Part shown: positions 13,893 to 28,090 of the stretch, piece by piece
Numbering within the stretch: the first letter of the stretch is position 1
Layout of the letters: each line of letters begins with the position of its first letter
Assembly (NCBI GenBank): GCA_951406725.2
Contig: OX597817.1
Coordinates: 160,208,001-160,272,000, forward strand
Direction: 5' to 3'
DNA: 64,000 bases
Origin: Octopus vulgaris
Taxonomy: Eukaryota
Made by a program: the position numbers and the translations under genes
Notes under the pieces: generated by a model
Databases searched by the model: none
What the model was told of the DNA's origin: nothing
Seen by the model: only the letters and a program-made list of their open reading frames with translations

Positions 13893-13959
<67 letters not shown>

Positions 13960-13993
13960 TTAGAGACAAAATTTGGATTTATTCCCTAATATT

Positions 13994-14024
<31 letters not shown>

Positions 14025-14115
14025 CATACGCACACACACACATATATATACTATACATACATACATATATATATACATACATACAAACACACATGTATAT
14101 ATATATATATACATT

Positions 14116-14163
<48 letters not shown>

Positions 14164-14636
14164 CACACACACACATATATATATATGCATACATATCTAT
14201 CTATTTTATCTATCTATCTATACTTCTATATATCTATATATATGACGGTCTTCCACGCAGTTTCTATGTGCCAAAATCGCTCACAAGGCATTGGATCGAA
14301 GCGGGGCTATAGCAGAAGACCTTTACCCAATGTGTTGCGATGTGGGACTGCGTGGTTGGAAAATGAGCTTCTTAACCGTACATTAATGCCTGCACCTATT
14401 TATCCAGTATCTTCTTGGATTATCAGAAACTGAATATCTTCTTTATCTGTTTACAGAGATCTTACTTCTATGCAAACTGATGTGTCCAATTAAGCCCTTT
14501 TAATAGTTTATTCACATGCAATGTCTCATTTAATATTCAAATGGGGTTTTCCAGCACAGAATAAGGTTGGGTATGAAAACAATGTTTTCATACACAATGT
14601 TTGATATATGCAATACAGGGACTCATAAATAAAAAT

Positions 14637-15030
14637 GGGATGGGATGGAAGCACTCCGTCGGTTACGACGATGAGGGTTCCGGTTGATCCGATCAACGGA
14701 ACAGCCTGCTCGTGAAATTAACGTGTAAGTGGCTGAGCACTCCACAGACACGTGTACCCTTAATGTAGTTCTCGGGGATATTCAGCGTGACACAGAGAGT
14801 GACAAGGCCGGCACCTTGAAATACAGGTACAACAGAAACAGGGAGTAAGAGTGAGAGAAAGTTGTGGTGAAAGAGTACAGCAGGGATCACCACCACCCCC
14901 TGCCGGAGCCTCGTGGGGCTTTTAGATGTTTTCGCTCAATAAACACTCACAACGCCCGGTCTGGGAATCGAAATCGCGATCCTACGACCGCGAGTCCGCT
15001 GCCCTAACCACTGGGCCATTGCGCCTCCAC
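14637..15030 (-). mobile_element. SINE family C
   Basis: Full length; TSD AAATAAAAAT. Confidence 0.92.
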
Positions 15031-15301
15031 AAATAAAAATAGCCACCTAAAGGCACAGGAGTGGCTATGTGGTAAGAAGTCCTACTGCGTGGCAACCTGG
15101 ACGAGTGTCTTCTACTATAGCCTCGGGGCTACTAATGTCTCGTGAGTAGATTTGGAGGGCGGAAACTGAAAGCCCGACCAATATGTATCTATATATATAT
15201 GCATACCAAGCTATATTTAAAGAAGACTTCAAAGAAAAATCTCCAGACATATTCTTAACTGCCAGACAGAACTTAAACTCTTTTTCCTTCAAATTTCTAC
15301 T

Positions 15302-15336
15302 GATATTTGATGAGATACATCGAAACCGGTAATATT
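15302..15336 (+). ncRNA. Minimal hammerhead-like motif
   Basis: GATAT-TTGATGA-GAT-AC-ATC-GAAAC-CG-GTA-ATATT. Confidence 0.5.
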
Positions 15337-15663
15337 TTCTTTACGTAATTTTTTAATCAAATTCCCTCAGTTTCACTTCTTTGCTATTTCCACCTCCATC
15401 TTTTAAATATAAAATTTTGATTTGTATAGATCTCTAATCTTTTTTCAACTATGTGTGCGTGTGCGTGCGTGTGTGTGTGTGGCTGCTGTCTAAAGACCGA
15501 AACAAGTAAAAGAAGAAACGAATTAACTGTGTATATACATTATGTATGATGTACAGATAGCTATTTTCAAGACAATGAGATTACCTCGGTCTGTATTGTA
15601 GAGAGTTAGTCTCGATCTAAGGATGCGTTTGGCTGTACAGGAGAGCAGATGTACATACGCAAT

Positions 15664-15709
<46 letters not shown>

Positions 15710-16084
15710 CAAACGCACACACACACAAGTGCACACAATTATACATATGCGTCAAGATATGTTTGTGGTTGCGTGTATGAGTGTGTATTTGTGTGTGCAC
15801 GCGTATAAATATTTGCATGTATGTGCGCATAACTGTAAGAGCATAACAGACGGCACGATATGTATGTAGATGTATATATATAGATATTTACGCGTGTTTA
15901 AACTAATGAGTAAATATATGCTGGTATGCGCGCACGCGCACGCGTGTGTGATAAAAAAAAATAACGTGGGAGGATATAAGTAGCACCTAATGAGGAAACA
16001 GGAAACAGTTTTACCTGATGAGATGCAGGGGAAATGGTGAATTGTGCAGGGAAGCAAAAACAAGGGGAGAGGTTGTGGATGGGT

Positions 16085-16116
16085 GATCTATCTATCTATC
16101 TATCTATCTATATCTA

Positions 16117-16185
<69 letters not shown>

Positions 16186-16202
16186 GTCTGTCTGTCTGTC
16201 TA

Positions 16203-16233
<31 letters not shown>

Positions 16234-16234
16234 A

Positions 16235-16265
<31 letters not shown>

Positions 16266-16324
16266 ATCTATCTATCTATCTATCTTTCTATCTTTTTTTC
16301 TCAATCTGTCTATCTATCTCTCAG

Positions 16325-16400
<76 letters not shown>
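16085..16400. repeat. Compound (TATC)n/(TGTC)n/(TC)n/(TA)n microsatellite
   Basis: Directly visible. Confidence 0.95.
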
Positions 16401-16405
<5 letters not shown>

Positions 16406-16512
16406 CTGTGCGTGTATACTTAAATTTGTTTCAGTCATATTTAATTGCGTCCATGTTGGAGCACTGCTAAATTGCGGGGACGTAAACACACACAGACACA
16501 CACACACACACG

Positions 16513-16572
<60 letters not shown>

Positions 16573-16742
16573 GTATGTATGTACATATATAAATGGTAAG
16601 ATCCAAACGATCAAGGCGTATGAAGTTAGTGAGTTTCAAGCAATCTGTAGAAGATACAAAAGACGACAGGGATTGTTATATATGCGAATAAATATTATAT
16701 ATGGCTATCTATCTGTCTGAGTGTCTATCTATCTATCTAACT

Positions 16743-16802
<60 letters not shown>

Positions 16803-16907
16803 CTAAGAGAAACAGTAGGGATATATAAATTAATAGCGTTCTGTCTATCGCTATACAAATCCATCATTTTTTGCTAAAATGTCTTATTGACGAGTTTCGT
16901 TTTTTGC

Positions 16908-16993
16908 ACTTTCCTGAAGAGAAGATTGCATTGTTTATACCATTTATTCTTTTGAATAGTATCAGTGGACTTTTCGAAACATGTGTCGAAAGT
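16908..16993 (+). ncRNA. Type I hammerhead ribozyme candidate, canonical core
   Basis: ACTTTC-CTGAAGA-GAAGA..TTTTC-GAAAC-ATGT-GTC-GAAAGT; homologue at 39424-39506. Confidence 0.7.
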
Positions 16994-17185
16994 AAAAATA
17001 TTTGATTACACCTGCGTTAACTCCATTTTTTATTCATATTATTCAAAATGTTCAACGTAAACACGAAGTTTCTACCTTTATAAACAAGGAGTTACAACAC
17101 CTTCAATTGTGAGAAATTTTTGCTGCCCTGGTAACTATTTATTTATTTTTTCCGTGTTAATTGTTAACAAGGTAAAAATACACTC

Positions 17186-17274
<89 letters not shown>

Positions 17275-17278
17275 CATC

Positions 17279-17312
<34 letters not shown>

Positions 17313-17321
17313 TCATCCATC

Positions 17322-17389
<68 letters not shown>

Positions 17390-17393
17390 GTTT

Positions 17394-17603
17394 CAGGGAT
17401 TTTCAGTCATTTTTTTAGCCTATGAACCCCATTGATGCCAATTTCAGTCGCCTGGACCGCCATAGCCAATTCGACGTTTACAAAAATCCTGCGAAGGTTT
17501 TATATAACATTATTAGGAACTGTATAAAAAAAAAAAAAACAGTTTCCATATTTTAGAAGGACCCTCCCCTAGTGGTCATATGGATCCTGGTTGAGTACTA
17601 ATG
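17394..17603. mobile_element. Decayed hAT-like MITE
   Basis: Similar to 1-150; ends GGTTGAGTACTAATG. Confidence 0.4.
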
Positions 17604-17702
17604 CTGTCTGTCTGTCCAGCTGTCCGTCCATTTGTCTGTATGTCAGTCCGTCTGATTATCCGTCTGTCCGTCCGTCCGTCTGCCTGTCTGTCCGTCCGTA
17701 TG

Positions 17703-17736
<34 letters not shown>

Positions 17737-18079
17737 TGTATGTATGTATGTATGTATGTATGTATGTATGTATGTATCTGTTGTTGCTGTCTACTATGTG
17801 AATACGTGTGATCATTTGTTGTTATAAATATATAGTCACCGGTGGTAAATAGAGTGATATTGAAAGCAACGAGCTGCCAGAATCGTTAGCACGCCGGATA
17901 AAATGCTTAGGGGCATTTCGTCCGACTTCACGTTTTGAGTTCAATATGGGTATAAACCTTGAATGTTGCCTTACAATGGTATCGGCTAACAAATGCTGTC
18001 TTACTGTGAGATCGATTATATTACTGGATATACAAAATAATCCTCAAAATAATCCTTTATACTGGAGGCACAAGACCTC

Positions 18080-18447
18080 ATTTTTGTGGGGAGGGAAATA
18101 GTCGATTACATCGACCCCAGTACTCAACTGGTACTTAATTTATCGACCCCGAAAGGATGAAAGGCAAAGTCGACCTAAGTGGAATTTGAACTCACTACGT
18201 AAAGAGAGACGAAATACCTATTTCTTTACTACCCACAAGGGACTAAACACAGAGAGGACAAACAAGGACAGACAAACGGATTAAGTCGATTATATCGACC
18301 CCAGTGAGTAACTGGTACTTATTTAATCGACCCCGAAAGGATGAAAGGCAAAGTCGACCTCGGCGGAATTTGAACTCAGAACGTAACGGCAGACGAAATA
18401 CGGCTAAGCATTTCGCCCGGCGTGCTAACGTTTCTGCCAGCTCGCAG
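18080..18447 (-). mobile_element. SINE family B dimer
   Basis: Two units joined at GAAATAC|CTATTTCTTTACTACCC. Confidence 0.85.
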
Positions 18448-18744
18448 CTTTACTGGATATACATAATCCATCAAGCCAGTTTCTATAATTCATGTGTGTG
18501 TGTGTGTGAGAGAGAGAGAGAGTGGGGGGGGGATACTAACACTTATGTATATATGGGTGTATGTAATGAAGAAGTAGAGGACTGCATAAATACTAGACTG
18601 AAACTTCCTTTAACGATTCTGAAAACATGTAAGATAAAGTGGACTCTCGTGGGATTTTAATTCAGAAAATAATTATAATGGAAGTATTCTGTTTAATAAC
18701 CTCAATATATATATACCAGAGGCGCAATATATATATATATATCA

Positions 18745-19133
18745 GAGGCGCAATGGCCCAGTGGTTAGGGCAGCGGACTCGCGGTCATAGGATCGCGGTT
18801 TCGATTCCCAGACCGGACGTTGTGAGTGTTTATTGAGCGAAAACACCTAAAGCTCCACGAGTCTCCGGCAGGGGGTGGTGGTGATCCCTGCTGTACTCTT
18901 TCACCACAACTTTCTCTCACTCTTACTTCCTGTTTCTGTTGTACCTGTATTTCAAAGGACCGGCCTTGTCACTCTCTGTGTCACGCTGAATATCCCCGAG
19001 AACTACGTTAAGGGTACACGTGTCTGTGGAGTGCTCAGCCACTTACACGTTAATTTCACGAGCAGGCTGTTCCGTTGATTCGGATCAACCGGAACCCTCG
19101 TCGTCGTAACCGATGGAGTGCTTCCATGCTTCC
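18745..19133 (+). mobile_element. SINE family C
   Basis: Full length; ATATATCAGAGG duplicated at the flanks. Confidence 0.9.
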
Positions 19134-19272
19134 ATATATCAGAGGAAGACGAATATCGTGTAGAAGCGGCAAATGAAGACGCCAGGTGTATTTCAGTCTT
19201 TTTGCGCTTCGTCAACGGCGTGTACTTGCCGCTAGCCACATGCTTAGACGAGATTTGTCGCTTTCGATATCT

Positions 19273-19691
19273 CTCTCTTTTACTTGTTTCAGTCGTTTGA
19301 CTGTGGCCATGCTGGAGCACCGCCTTTAGTCGAGTAAATCGACCCCCGGGACTTATTCTTCGTAAACCTAGTACTTATTCTATCGGTCTCTTTTTGCCGA
19401 ACCACTAAGTTACGGGGACGTAAACACACCAGCATCGGTTGTCAAGCAATGTCGGGGGGACAAACACAGGCACACAAACATACACACACATACACACATA
19501 TACATATATATATATATACATATATACGACGGGCTTCTTCCAGTTTCCGTCTACCAAATCCACTCACAAGGCTTTGGTCGGCCCGAGGCTATAGTAGAAG
19601 ACACTTGCCCGAGGTGCCATGCAGTGGGACTGAACCCGGAACCATCTGGTTCGTAAGCAAGCTACTTACCACGCAGCCACTCCTACGCCTA
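19273..19691 (-). mobile_element. SINE family A
   Basis: Match to family A. Confidence 0.88.
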
Positions 19692-20825
19692 TATATAAGA
19701 AAACAATGAAAAATACTTCACTGGTATTGCGAATAGCCTGCTTGGCTGAATGCAACCTGTTATATGCATGCAACAGAAGCGATATTAATTTAAAATAGCC
19801 ATCGATGTATTATATTTAATATATATACATCGTTGAAGCACACCACACTCTAAGAGATATCTCCGCACAAATACCGATGTGTTTACATTAAGTATGATGC
19901 ATAGCTGGCTGTTTTAATCTAATACTGCTTCTATAGCATATAACGGATGTGTGTGTGTATGTATGTGTGTGTGTGTGTTTCACAGTGATACAATCATTCA
20001 AAACAAATTAACGAAGTTAATCAACGAAGTTGCTGATTAAGATAACAACTTTCAAGTTTAGATCGATTAATTAAATAACAGAGAGACTGAAAATCAACGT
20101 CTGGTTATGCACAAACGACACACACGTGTGTGTATGTATGTGTGTGTGTGTGTGTGCGTACGTGTGTGTGTGTGTATGTGTGTGTGCAAGCGTGCGTGTG
20201 GGTGTGTGCATTTAAGCTTATCTCAGTTTCCGTCTGTCAACCCGGAACCATTGAGCTGGAAGTGAACTTCTTAACCACAAAATTCACACAGGAACAGAAA
20301 CGCACTCACAAATAACGACTATTCATTTATTCTTTTATTCCTTATCTACTTACATTCATTGGACTTGACAAACTAGAGCTTATGCTATACACCGTCGATT
20401 TCCTTGTGGATAAGATGTTAGGCCTTATTAACGCAGACTAATTAATTATTAAACGTAAGAAGGAAATAATTTTCAATTCAATATAAAAATGCTAATTTAA
20501 ATAAGGAAATTCTGAGTAGAATTCAGTGAAGAGTTAAATCTTTTTGTTGGAAAATAGGCGCAATTTCCGTGTATGTCTCAACCTTAATACTGTGCATGTT
20601 CGGCTCCAGAAGGCGTTGCATTTGTATATGTCGGGGTCGGAAAGAAAGAACGAATGATTTGTGCCAGTCGCTCGGTGTGATGCCTGTGATCATAGTGTGA
20701 AGCGTGTGTATTTGTGTGTGTCACATTGCTTTCTTGTCTGATGATTGAGCAAATGTAGAGAAATATCAAGCTTTGCTTTTTTCTTTTGTGGCATACATAT
20801 GCGTATGTGTGTATATGTATGTATG

Positions 20826-20913
<88 letters not shown>

Positions 20914-20924
20914 TATATATATAT

Positions 20925-21090
20925 AGTGGGGTGGAATTCACGAAAAAAAAAAAACAACAAAAGACGGAGACAGGTGGTGTAGAAAACAAACAGATGTATT
21001 AGTATAACGCTCGGGAATTGAAAAAGTCTTTAACGTTTCGAGCCTACGCTCTTCCACAGAAAGAAACAAGGAGAGAAAAAAGAAAATGTG
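20925..21090 (-). mobile_element. (TA)n-associated short repeat carrying a hammerhead-like motif (21027-21064); probable PLE terminal remnant
   Basis: TCTTT-CTGTGGAA-GAGC-GTAG-GCTC-GAAAC-GTT-AAAGA; related to 57890-58000. Confidence 0.55.
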
Positions 21091-21601
21091 CATAGTGGCT
21101 ACCGATCTATCATGGCGATCTATCATATATATATATATATATATATATACACGATGAACTTCCACACAGTTTCCGACTGCCAAATTCAGACACAAAGTAC
21201 TGGTCAGCTTGTGGCCGTAGTAGAAGACATTTGCCCAAGGAACCGCACAGTGAGATATACATACATACCCACTTACATAATACATAAGTACGTACATGCA
21301 TACATACGTACATAAATCCAACCATCCATCCATCCATCCATCCATCCATCCATACATACATGCATACATACATACATGCATGCATACATACATATACATA
21401 CATACATACATACATACATACATACATACATGCAAACATACATACATACATGCATGCATACATACATACATACATGCATACATACATACATACATGCATG
21501 CATACATACATACATACATGCATGCATACATACATACATACATGCATGCATACATACATACATACATACTTACATACATACATACATACTTACATACATG
21601 C

Positions 21602-21841
21602 ATCGCGGTTTCGATTCCCAGACCGGGCGTTGTGAGTGTTTATTGAGCGAAAACACCTGAAAAGGTTCACGAGGCTCCGGCAGGGGGTGGTGATCCCTAC
21701 TGTACTCTTTCTCCCACTCTTTCTTCTGTTGGCCTGCTCGTTTAGCCAGCGGGGTGGCGTCATTCGATTACAATGCGAACGCATTGTGACCAGCGATGTG
21801 TAACTACATCTGATGGACTGGTCGGTCACGTGATCACGTGA

Positions 21842-21842
<1 letters not shown>
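21602..21842 (+). mobile_element. SINE C-related element with alternative 3' half
   Basis: Family C sequence up to TGTACTCTTT, then a different tail ending GGTCACGTGATCACGTGAT. Confidence 0.7.
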
Positions 21843-21877
<35 letters not shown>

Positions 21878-21909
21878 TGTATACATATATATATGTACAT
21901 ATGTAAACG

Positions 21910-21954
<45 letters not shown>

Positions 21955-22729
21955 AGGTATGTACGTACGCACACACACTCACATAAATACCAGTGGCTAG
22001 TCCGGCACTCGGGCTGTTCGGGCTTAGCCCGAATATAAATTCAGTAAAGTGAACGTGTATTTGCAAGCTGATTTAATTTCTGCCAACACTGACTTCAAGT
22101 ATATAAGTGCAGCCAATAACTTGGGCTCCTTTTTTTTGAGCCTGGTCGCAGTTCATTTATTTTCCTTCGGCGTCTGGCGGTCGTCTTAGAGGTGCCCTGT
22201 GTCAAAAATTATCGTTCGTAGCAGACGTTCTCTCGACTTCGTTCACGCGCGCCTGACTCGGGCTCAGAAGTTACAGCCCGAGTTGTTAACTATAATCGTA
22301 AAAATTAAGAGTAATTCAAATTCAGGGCTTTCTTGAGACAATAAATTTCTATAGAGATTAGGATTTAAATTCCAATCTATGAAAAGCTTCCGTTCTGCAA
22401 TATTATTAAAGGAACGAAAAATTTATCCAGCAACTCGGGCAAATACGAACGAGCCTTGTAGGTGTAAAAGACTAACTGGCACCTCTTGTCAAGAATACAG
22501 GCGACAGTTAGACCAGTGGTGTTTGTTGTGCACTCCGCTGTCGTTATTTGATTGCTGTTATTCTGTGCGTCTATGTGTAAAGATCAGTTGTGTTTTGTAG
22601 GGTTGCTTTATTTTTACCCCTAGCTTAGAAATGGAGAAAGACATAATGCTATATATTAAAGATAAGCCTTTTGTGGGTAGAAATAAAGCATAAAGACGTG
22701 AAATTCTTAGAACAGATATGTGTCTTATA

Positions 22730-23113
22730 GTGGAGGCACAATGGCCCAGTGGTTAGGGCAGCGGACTCGCGGTCATAGGATCGCGGTTTCGATTCCCAGA
22801 CCGGGCGTTGTGAGTGTTTATTGAGCGAAAACACCTAAAAGCTCCACGAGGCTCCGGCAGGGGATGGTGGTGATCCCTGCTGTACTCTTTCACCACAACT
22901 TTCTCTCACTCTTACTTCCTGTTTCTGTTGTACCTGTATTTCAAGGGGCCAGCCTTGTCACTCTCTGTGTCACGCTGAATATCCCCGAGAACTACGTTAA
23001 GGGTGCATGTGTCTGTGGAGTGCTCAGCCACTTACACGTTAATTTCACGAGCAGGCTGTTCCGTTGATCGGATCAACCGGATCCCTCATCGTCGCAACCG
23101 ACGGAGTGCTTCC
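22730..23113 (+). mobile_element. SINE family C
   Basis: Full length; TSD ATGTGTCTTAT. Confidence 0.92.
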
Positions 23114-23167
23114 ATGTGTCTTATGCGAAATCTGTGATGAGCCCGAGTGACGCTGATGACCTGGAGT

Positions 23168-23244
<77 letters not shown>

Positions 23245-23554
23245 TTGCGTCACAAGTATTCAGAAACTTTGTGAGGTATGAAATAAATCGGTTTTTAACA
23301 ATGGAACTCGAAGTAGATAAGGCTATAAAGAATTACATGTAATACTAGACATACTAGCGTGATGAATTTAACACTTTCTCCATTGATTGAAAGAGATGTT
23401 ATTCGGCCTTCATCGATTTTCGGCCTGTATTGATGTCTCATCAGAGGTACCTACATCATTTGATCAATCCCAGAGAAATAAGCAGCAAGTCCATTTGTAT
23501 ATCCATAAAAATTCCAGTAGCATCAGAAAACTCAAGTTACGAACATTCCTTCAT

Positions 23555-23616
<62 letters not shown>

Positions 23617-23651
23617 GCATATATATATTTATGTGTGTATGCATGTATGTA

Positions 23652-24094
23652 TACTCTTTTACTCTTTTACTCTTTTACTTGTTTCAGTCATTTGACTGCG
23701 GCCATGCTGGAGCACCGCCTTTAGTCGAGCAAATCGACCCCGGACTTATTCTTTGTAAGCCCAGTACTTATTCTATCGGTCTCTTTTGCCGAACCGCTAA
23801 GTGACGGGGACGTAAACACACCAGCATCGGTTGTCAAGCAATGCTAGGGGGACAAAGACAGACACAGACACACACATATATATATATGTACACATATACG
23901 ACAGGCTTCTTTCAGTTTCCGTCTACCAAATCCACTCACAAGGCATTGGTTGGCCCGGGGCTATAGCAGAAGACACTTGCCCAAGATGCCACGCAGTGGG
24001 ACTGAACCCGGAACCATGTGGCTGGTTAGCAAGCTACTTACCACACAGCCACTCCTGCGCCTAGCCACTCCTGCGCCTAGCCACTCCTGCGCCT
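23652..24094 (-). mobile_element. SINE family A with triplicated 16-bp 5' end
   Basis: AGCCACTCCTGCGCCT x3 at 24047-24094. Confidence 0.9.
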
Positions 24095-24162
24095 ATATAT
24101 ATAAATGTGTATAATATATCTGTGTATTATACATGTGTGTATGTACATATAGCGTATAGCTG

Positions 24163-24227
<65 letters not shown>

Positions 24228-24232
<5 letters not shown>

Positions 24233-24752
24233 TACTTGGAGAGGAGAAAACAACGCGTGCGTTCGGTCATATAATAACAATATAATAAACAAAACATATA
24301 CATATATATATGTACATACTTACATCTATATGTATATATACATGCATATATAAGTACAGGACACCACAAATAAACGTAGAACACAACGAGAAACGAAAAC
24401 ATAAAATCAAACAAGGAAACGGACTTTTTTTAACAACGAAAAAAACAGAGTACAGGACAAACAATACAAGGAAAATTCCCCTTCATCAGCTGCCCCTGGT
24501 TCGACTCAATGCTCTTACCTTCGAAACACGCATTGAGTCGAACCAGGGGCAGCTGATGAAGGAGATTTTATGTTTTCGTTTCTCGTTGTGTTCTACGTTT
24601 ATTTGTGGTGTCCTGTACTCATATATGCATGTATATATACATATAGATGTAAGTATGTACATATATGTATGTATATATGCATATGTTTTGTTTATTATAT
24701 TGTTATTATATGACCGAACGCACGCGTTGTTTTCTCCTCTCCAAGTAAGTTT
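24228..24752. repeat. Long foldback inverted repeat (probable PLE-derived)
   Basis: Outer arms 24228-24408/24564-24752, inner arms 24480-24512/24530-24562. Confidence 0.9.
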
Positions 24753-25038
24753 TTGCCGAACCGCTAAGTGACGGGGACATAAACACACCAGCATCGGTTG
24801 TCAAGCAATGCTAGGGGGACAAACACAGACACACAAACACACACACACACACACATATATATATATTTATACATATATACGACAGGCTTCTTTCAGTTTC
24901 CGTCTACCAAATCCACTCACAAGGCACTGGTCAGCCCGGGGCTATAGCAGAAAACACTTGCCCAAGATGCCACGCAGTGGGACTGAACCCGAAACCATGT
25001 GGTTGGTTAGCAAGCTACTTACCACACAGCCACTCCTG
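24750..25038 (-). mobile_element. SINE family A, 3'-truncated
   Basis: Match to family A up to CGGCAAAA. Confidence 0.85.
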
Positions 25039-25200
25039 TATGTTATACATGTATATGTATCTGCCTATATCTTTATCTTTACACGCACAGGCACGCACAT
25101 CTCTCTCCTTAACGCTGGCTGTTGTCTCTCTTTCTCTCCCCTTCTCTCTCTCCCTATAGGTATACATATGCTTGTGTGGCTGGGGTTAGCACCATACATA

Positions 25201-25600
25201 TCTTTATATATAAAAGTGAAGTTGTGTGTCTGTCTCCTACGATTTAGATTCCTAACTACTCCCACATTTTGCGGTGCAGTTTAACCAAAATCGGGTATCT
25301 TATAGTCGTGATTCATATCGAGCCCTTCTGGGTATTAGCGCGCGTCTACGATGAGTCTACGATTTTAAAAATAATTTACCATAATTTTTTTCCATTTTAA
25401 TGCATTTTCTTCGCTATTATATAAGGGAAGTAACCCTCTAAAAATGTCTACGATGAGTCAACGATTTAAAAAAAAAATTACCATCATTTTTTTCTCATTT
25501 TTAATCCATTTTTTTTGCTTTTTTTTGGCTATAACTCTCTAAAAATGTTCATATAGTTATTTCCCTTACAAACCCGAGCAACGCCGGGTGATACTGCTAG
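25201..25600 (+). mobile_element. Non-autonomous Helitron
   Basis: 5' TC, subterminal hairpin CCCGAGCAACGCCGGG, 3' CTAG, inserted between A and T. Confidence 0.85.
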
Positions 25601-25781
25601 TATATATATATATATGTGCGAGATGTAACGTCATACATCCTTCATCTACCTATGCGTGCGCGCATGACTGTTTATCAGCGTGTTTTTGTGAGTAAATATT
25701 TGCCCAGCTATTCATTTACGAGCACAAAACACACACAGAAAACACGGAATCATACATACACCATCATAAAGAATAACTCTG

Positions 25782-25812
<31 letters not shown>

Positions 25813-26282
25813 GTCTCTGTCTCTCTCTCACTCTGTCTCTGTCTCTCCTTCTCTTTCTCTCTCTCTCTCTCTCACACTCGCGCACGTGCGCATATGAAAG
25901 GCATGTGTTTGTTCTAGAACTTTTCTTCATAGCTTTTCATGTGTGTGCACCTACATATGTACGTACTTCTGTATATATATGCATGCATGTTTGTATGTAT
26001 ATATGTATGCATGTATATATTCATGTATGTACGTACGCATATTTGGCAATATATGAGAGGATGTATATACATATATTTGTGCGCATGCGTCAACATGCTG
26101 ATATCAACATGCTCTTTGTGTGTGTATGTGTGTGTGTGTGTGTGTGTATAGTCTGCATGCGAAAATTGCGTGTGACATATTTGTTCACCATTCACGTGTT
26201 GATGTGTATGCTACTAATGGCTTTTATATATATCAGCATTTCAATACGCAAGTTTAAGCGCGTGTATTTATATATGCATGCA

Positions 26283-26860
<578 letters not shown>

Positions 26861-27829
26861 GTCTTTTAAGTTTTTATGCGTTCTTGTCTCAGTTTGTATT
26901 TTTCTACATATCATAATATATATATATATATATATATATAGGCAGTAAAGTATGAATATTATATATCATACATGAACTTTATATCTATACCTATAAATCT
27001 ATCCATCTATCTATTTATCTACATATGTATATATGTGTATGTGTATGTATATACGTCTACATACATGAACACATACAAAATGCACATACATACATACATA
27101 CATGCACGCATGCATGCATACATGCATACATACATACATACATTCATACATACACACACACACATACATACATACATACATACACACACATACATACATA
27201 CATACATACATACATACATACACACACACATACATACATACATACGTACGTACACACATACATACACACATACACACATACATACATACACGCTTTGGCA
27301 TCCGATGCAGATTTTAATTAATTTCATGAAAATACTATAATTATGATTGTTGTTATTACAGTTGCAAACGTTGTTATTACTGTTGTTGTTGTTGTTGTTG
27401 TTGTTGTTACAGTTTCAACTAATCCAGGTGGGGGGGGGGAATATCTCAGGAAATCTATCACGAAATAACTGATTCGATCTTGTAAATTTTGTATCGTTTC
27501 CTTTCAAAACGTTGAATAAAACATCAATTTGTTCCTCGTATTTTCTTTTTGTTCTGCCACCAACGCCTAACTTCATTATATAAATTGCTTCGTTAATAAT
27601 GTGTCCAAGGGGCTTGCTGTATTGCCAGCTATAAAAACAACTGAAACAGTTTAACAACTTAATGATAGGCGTGGTTTTGAGGTAAGAATTTTTGCTTCCC
27701 AACCACATGGGCCCGAGTTCAGTCCTACTGCGTGGCACCTTGAACTAAAGCCGGACGGTAGTTGTGTGAGTGGATTTGATAGATGGAAACTAAAGAAGCC
27801 CGTCATATATATATATATATACTTTTTTA

Positions 27830-27918
27830 AAAGCAGCAGAAAATTCAACAAAACCTGTTACTCTGAGTTTCAACGGGAAACTCAGAGTAACAGGTTTTGT
27901 TGAATTTTCTGCTGCTTT
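27830..27918. repeat. Perfect 42-bp-arm hairpin in a (TA)n-associated element
   Basis: Arms 27830-27871/27877-27918, loop AACGG; element continues to ~28000 and its end (CCGGAGTAAACA) recurs at 63989-64000. Confidence 0.9.
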
Positions 27919-28023
27919 AAATAAAGCATATTACTCTACCACTGGTATTTGAGTACTCTTTTTTTCCACCTTGTTTCACATTTATGTGTTTACTCCGGTA
28001 GCCTATTACACACGCACACAAAC

Positions 28024-28088
<65 letters not shown>

Positions 28089-28090
28089 AC

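Noticed and set aside
21970-22470. GC-richer segment with repeated ACTCGGGC and small hairpins
   Set aside because: Probably a DNA transposon remnant, but no matching TIR or TSD could be established.
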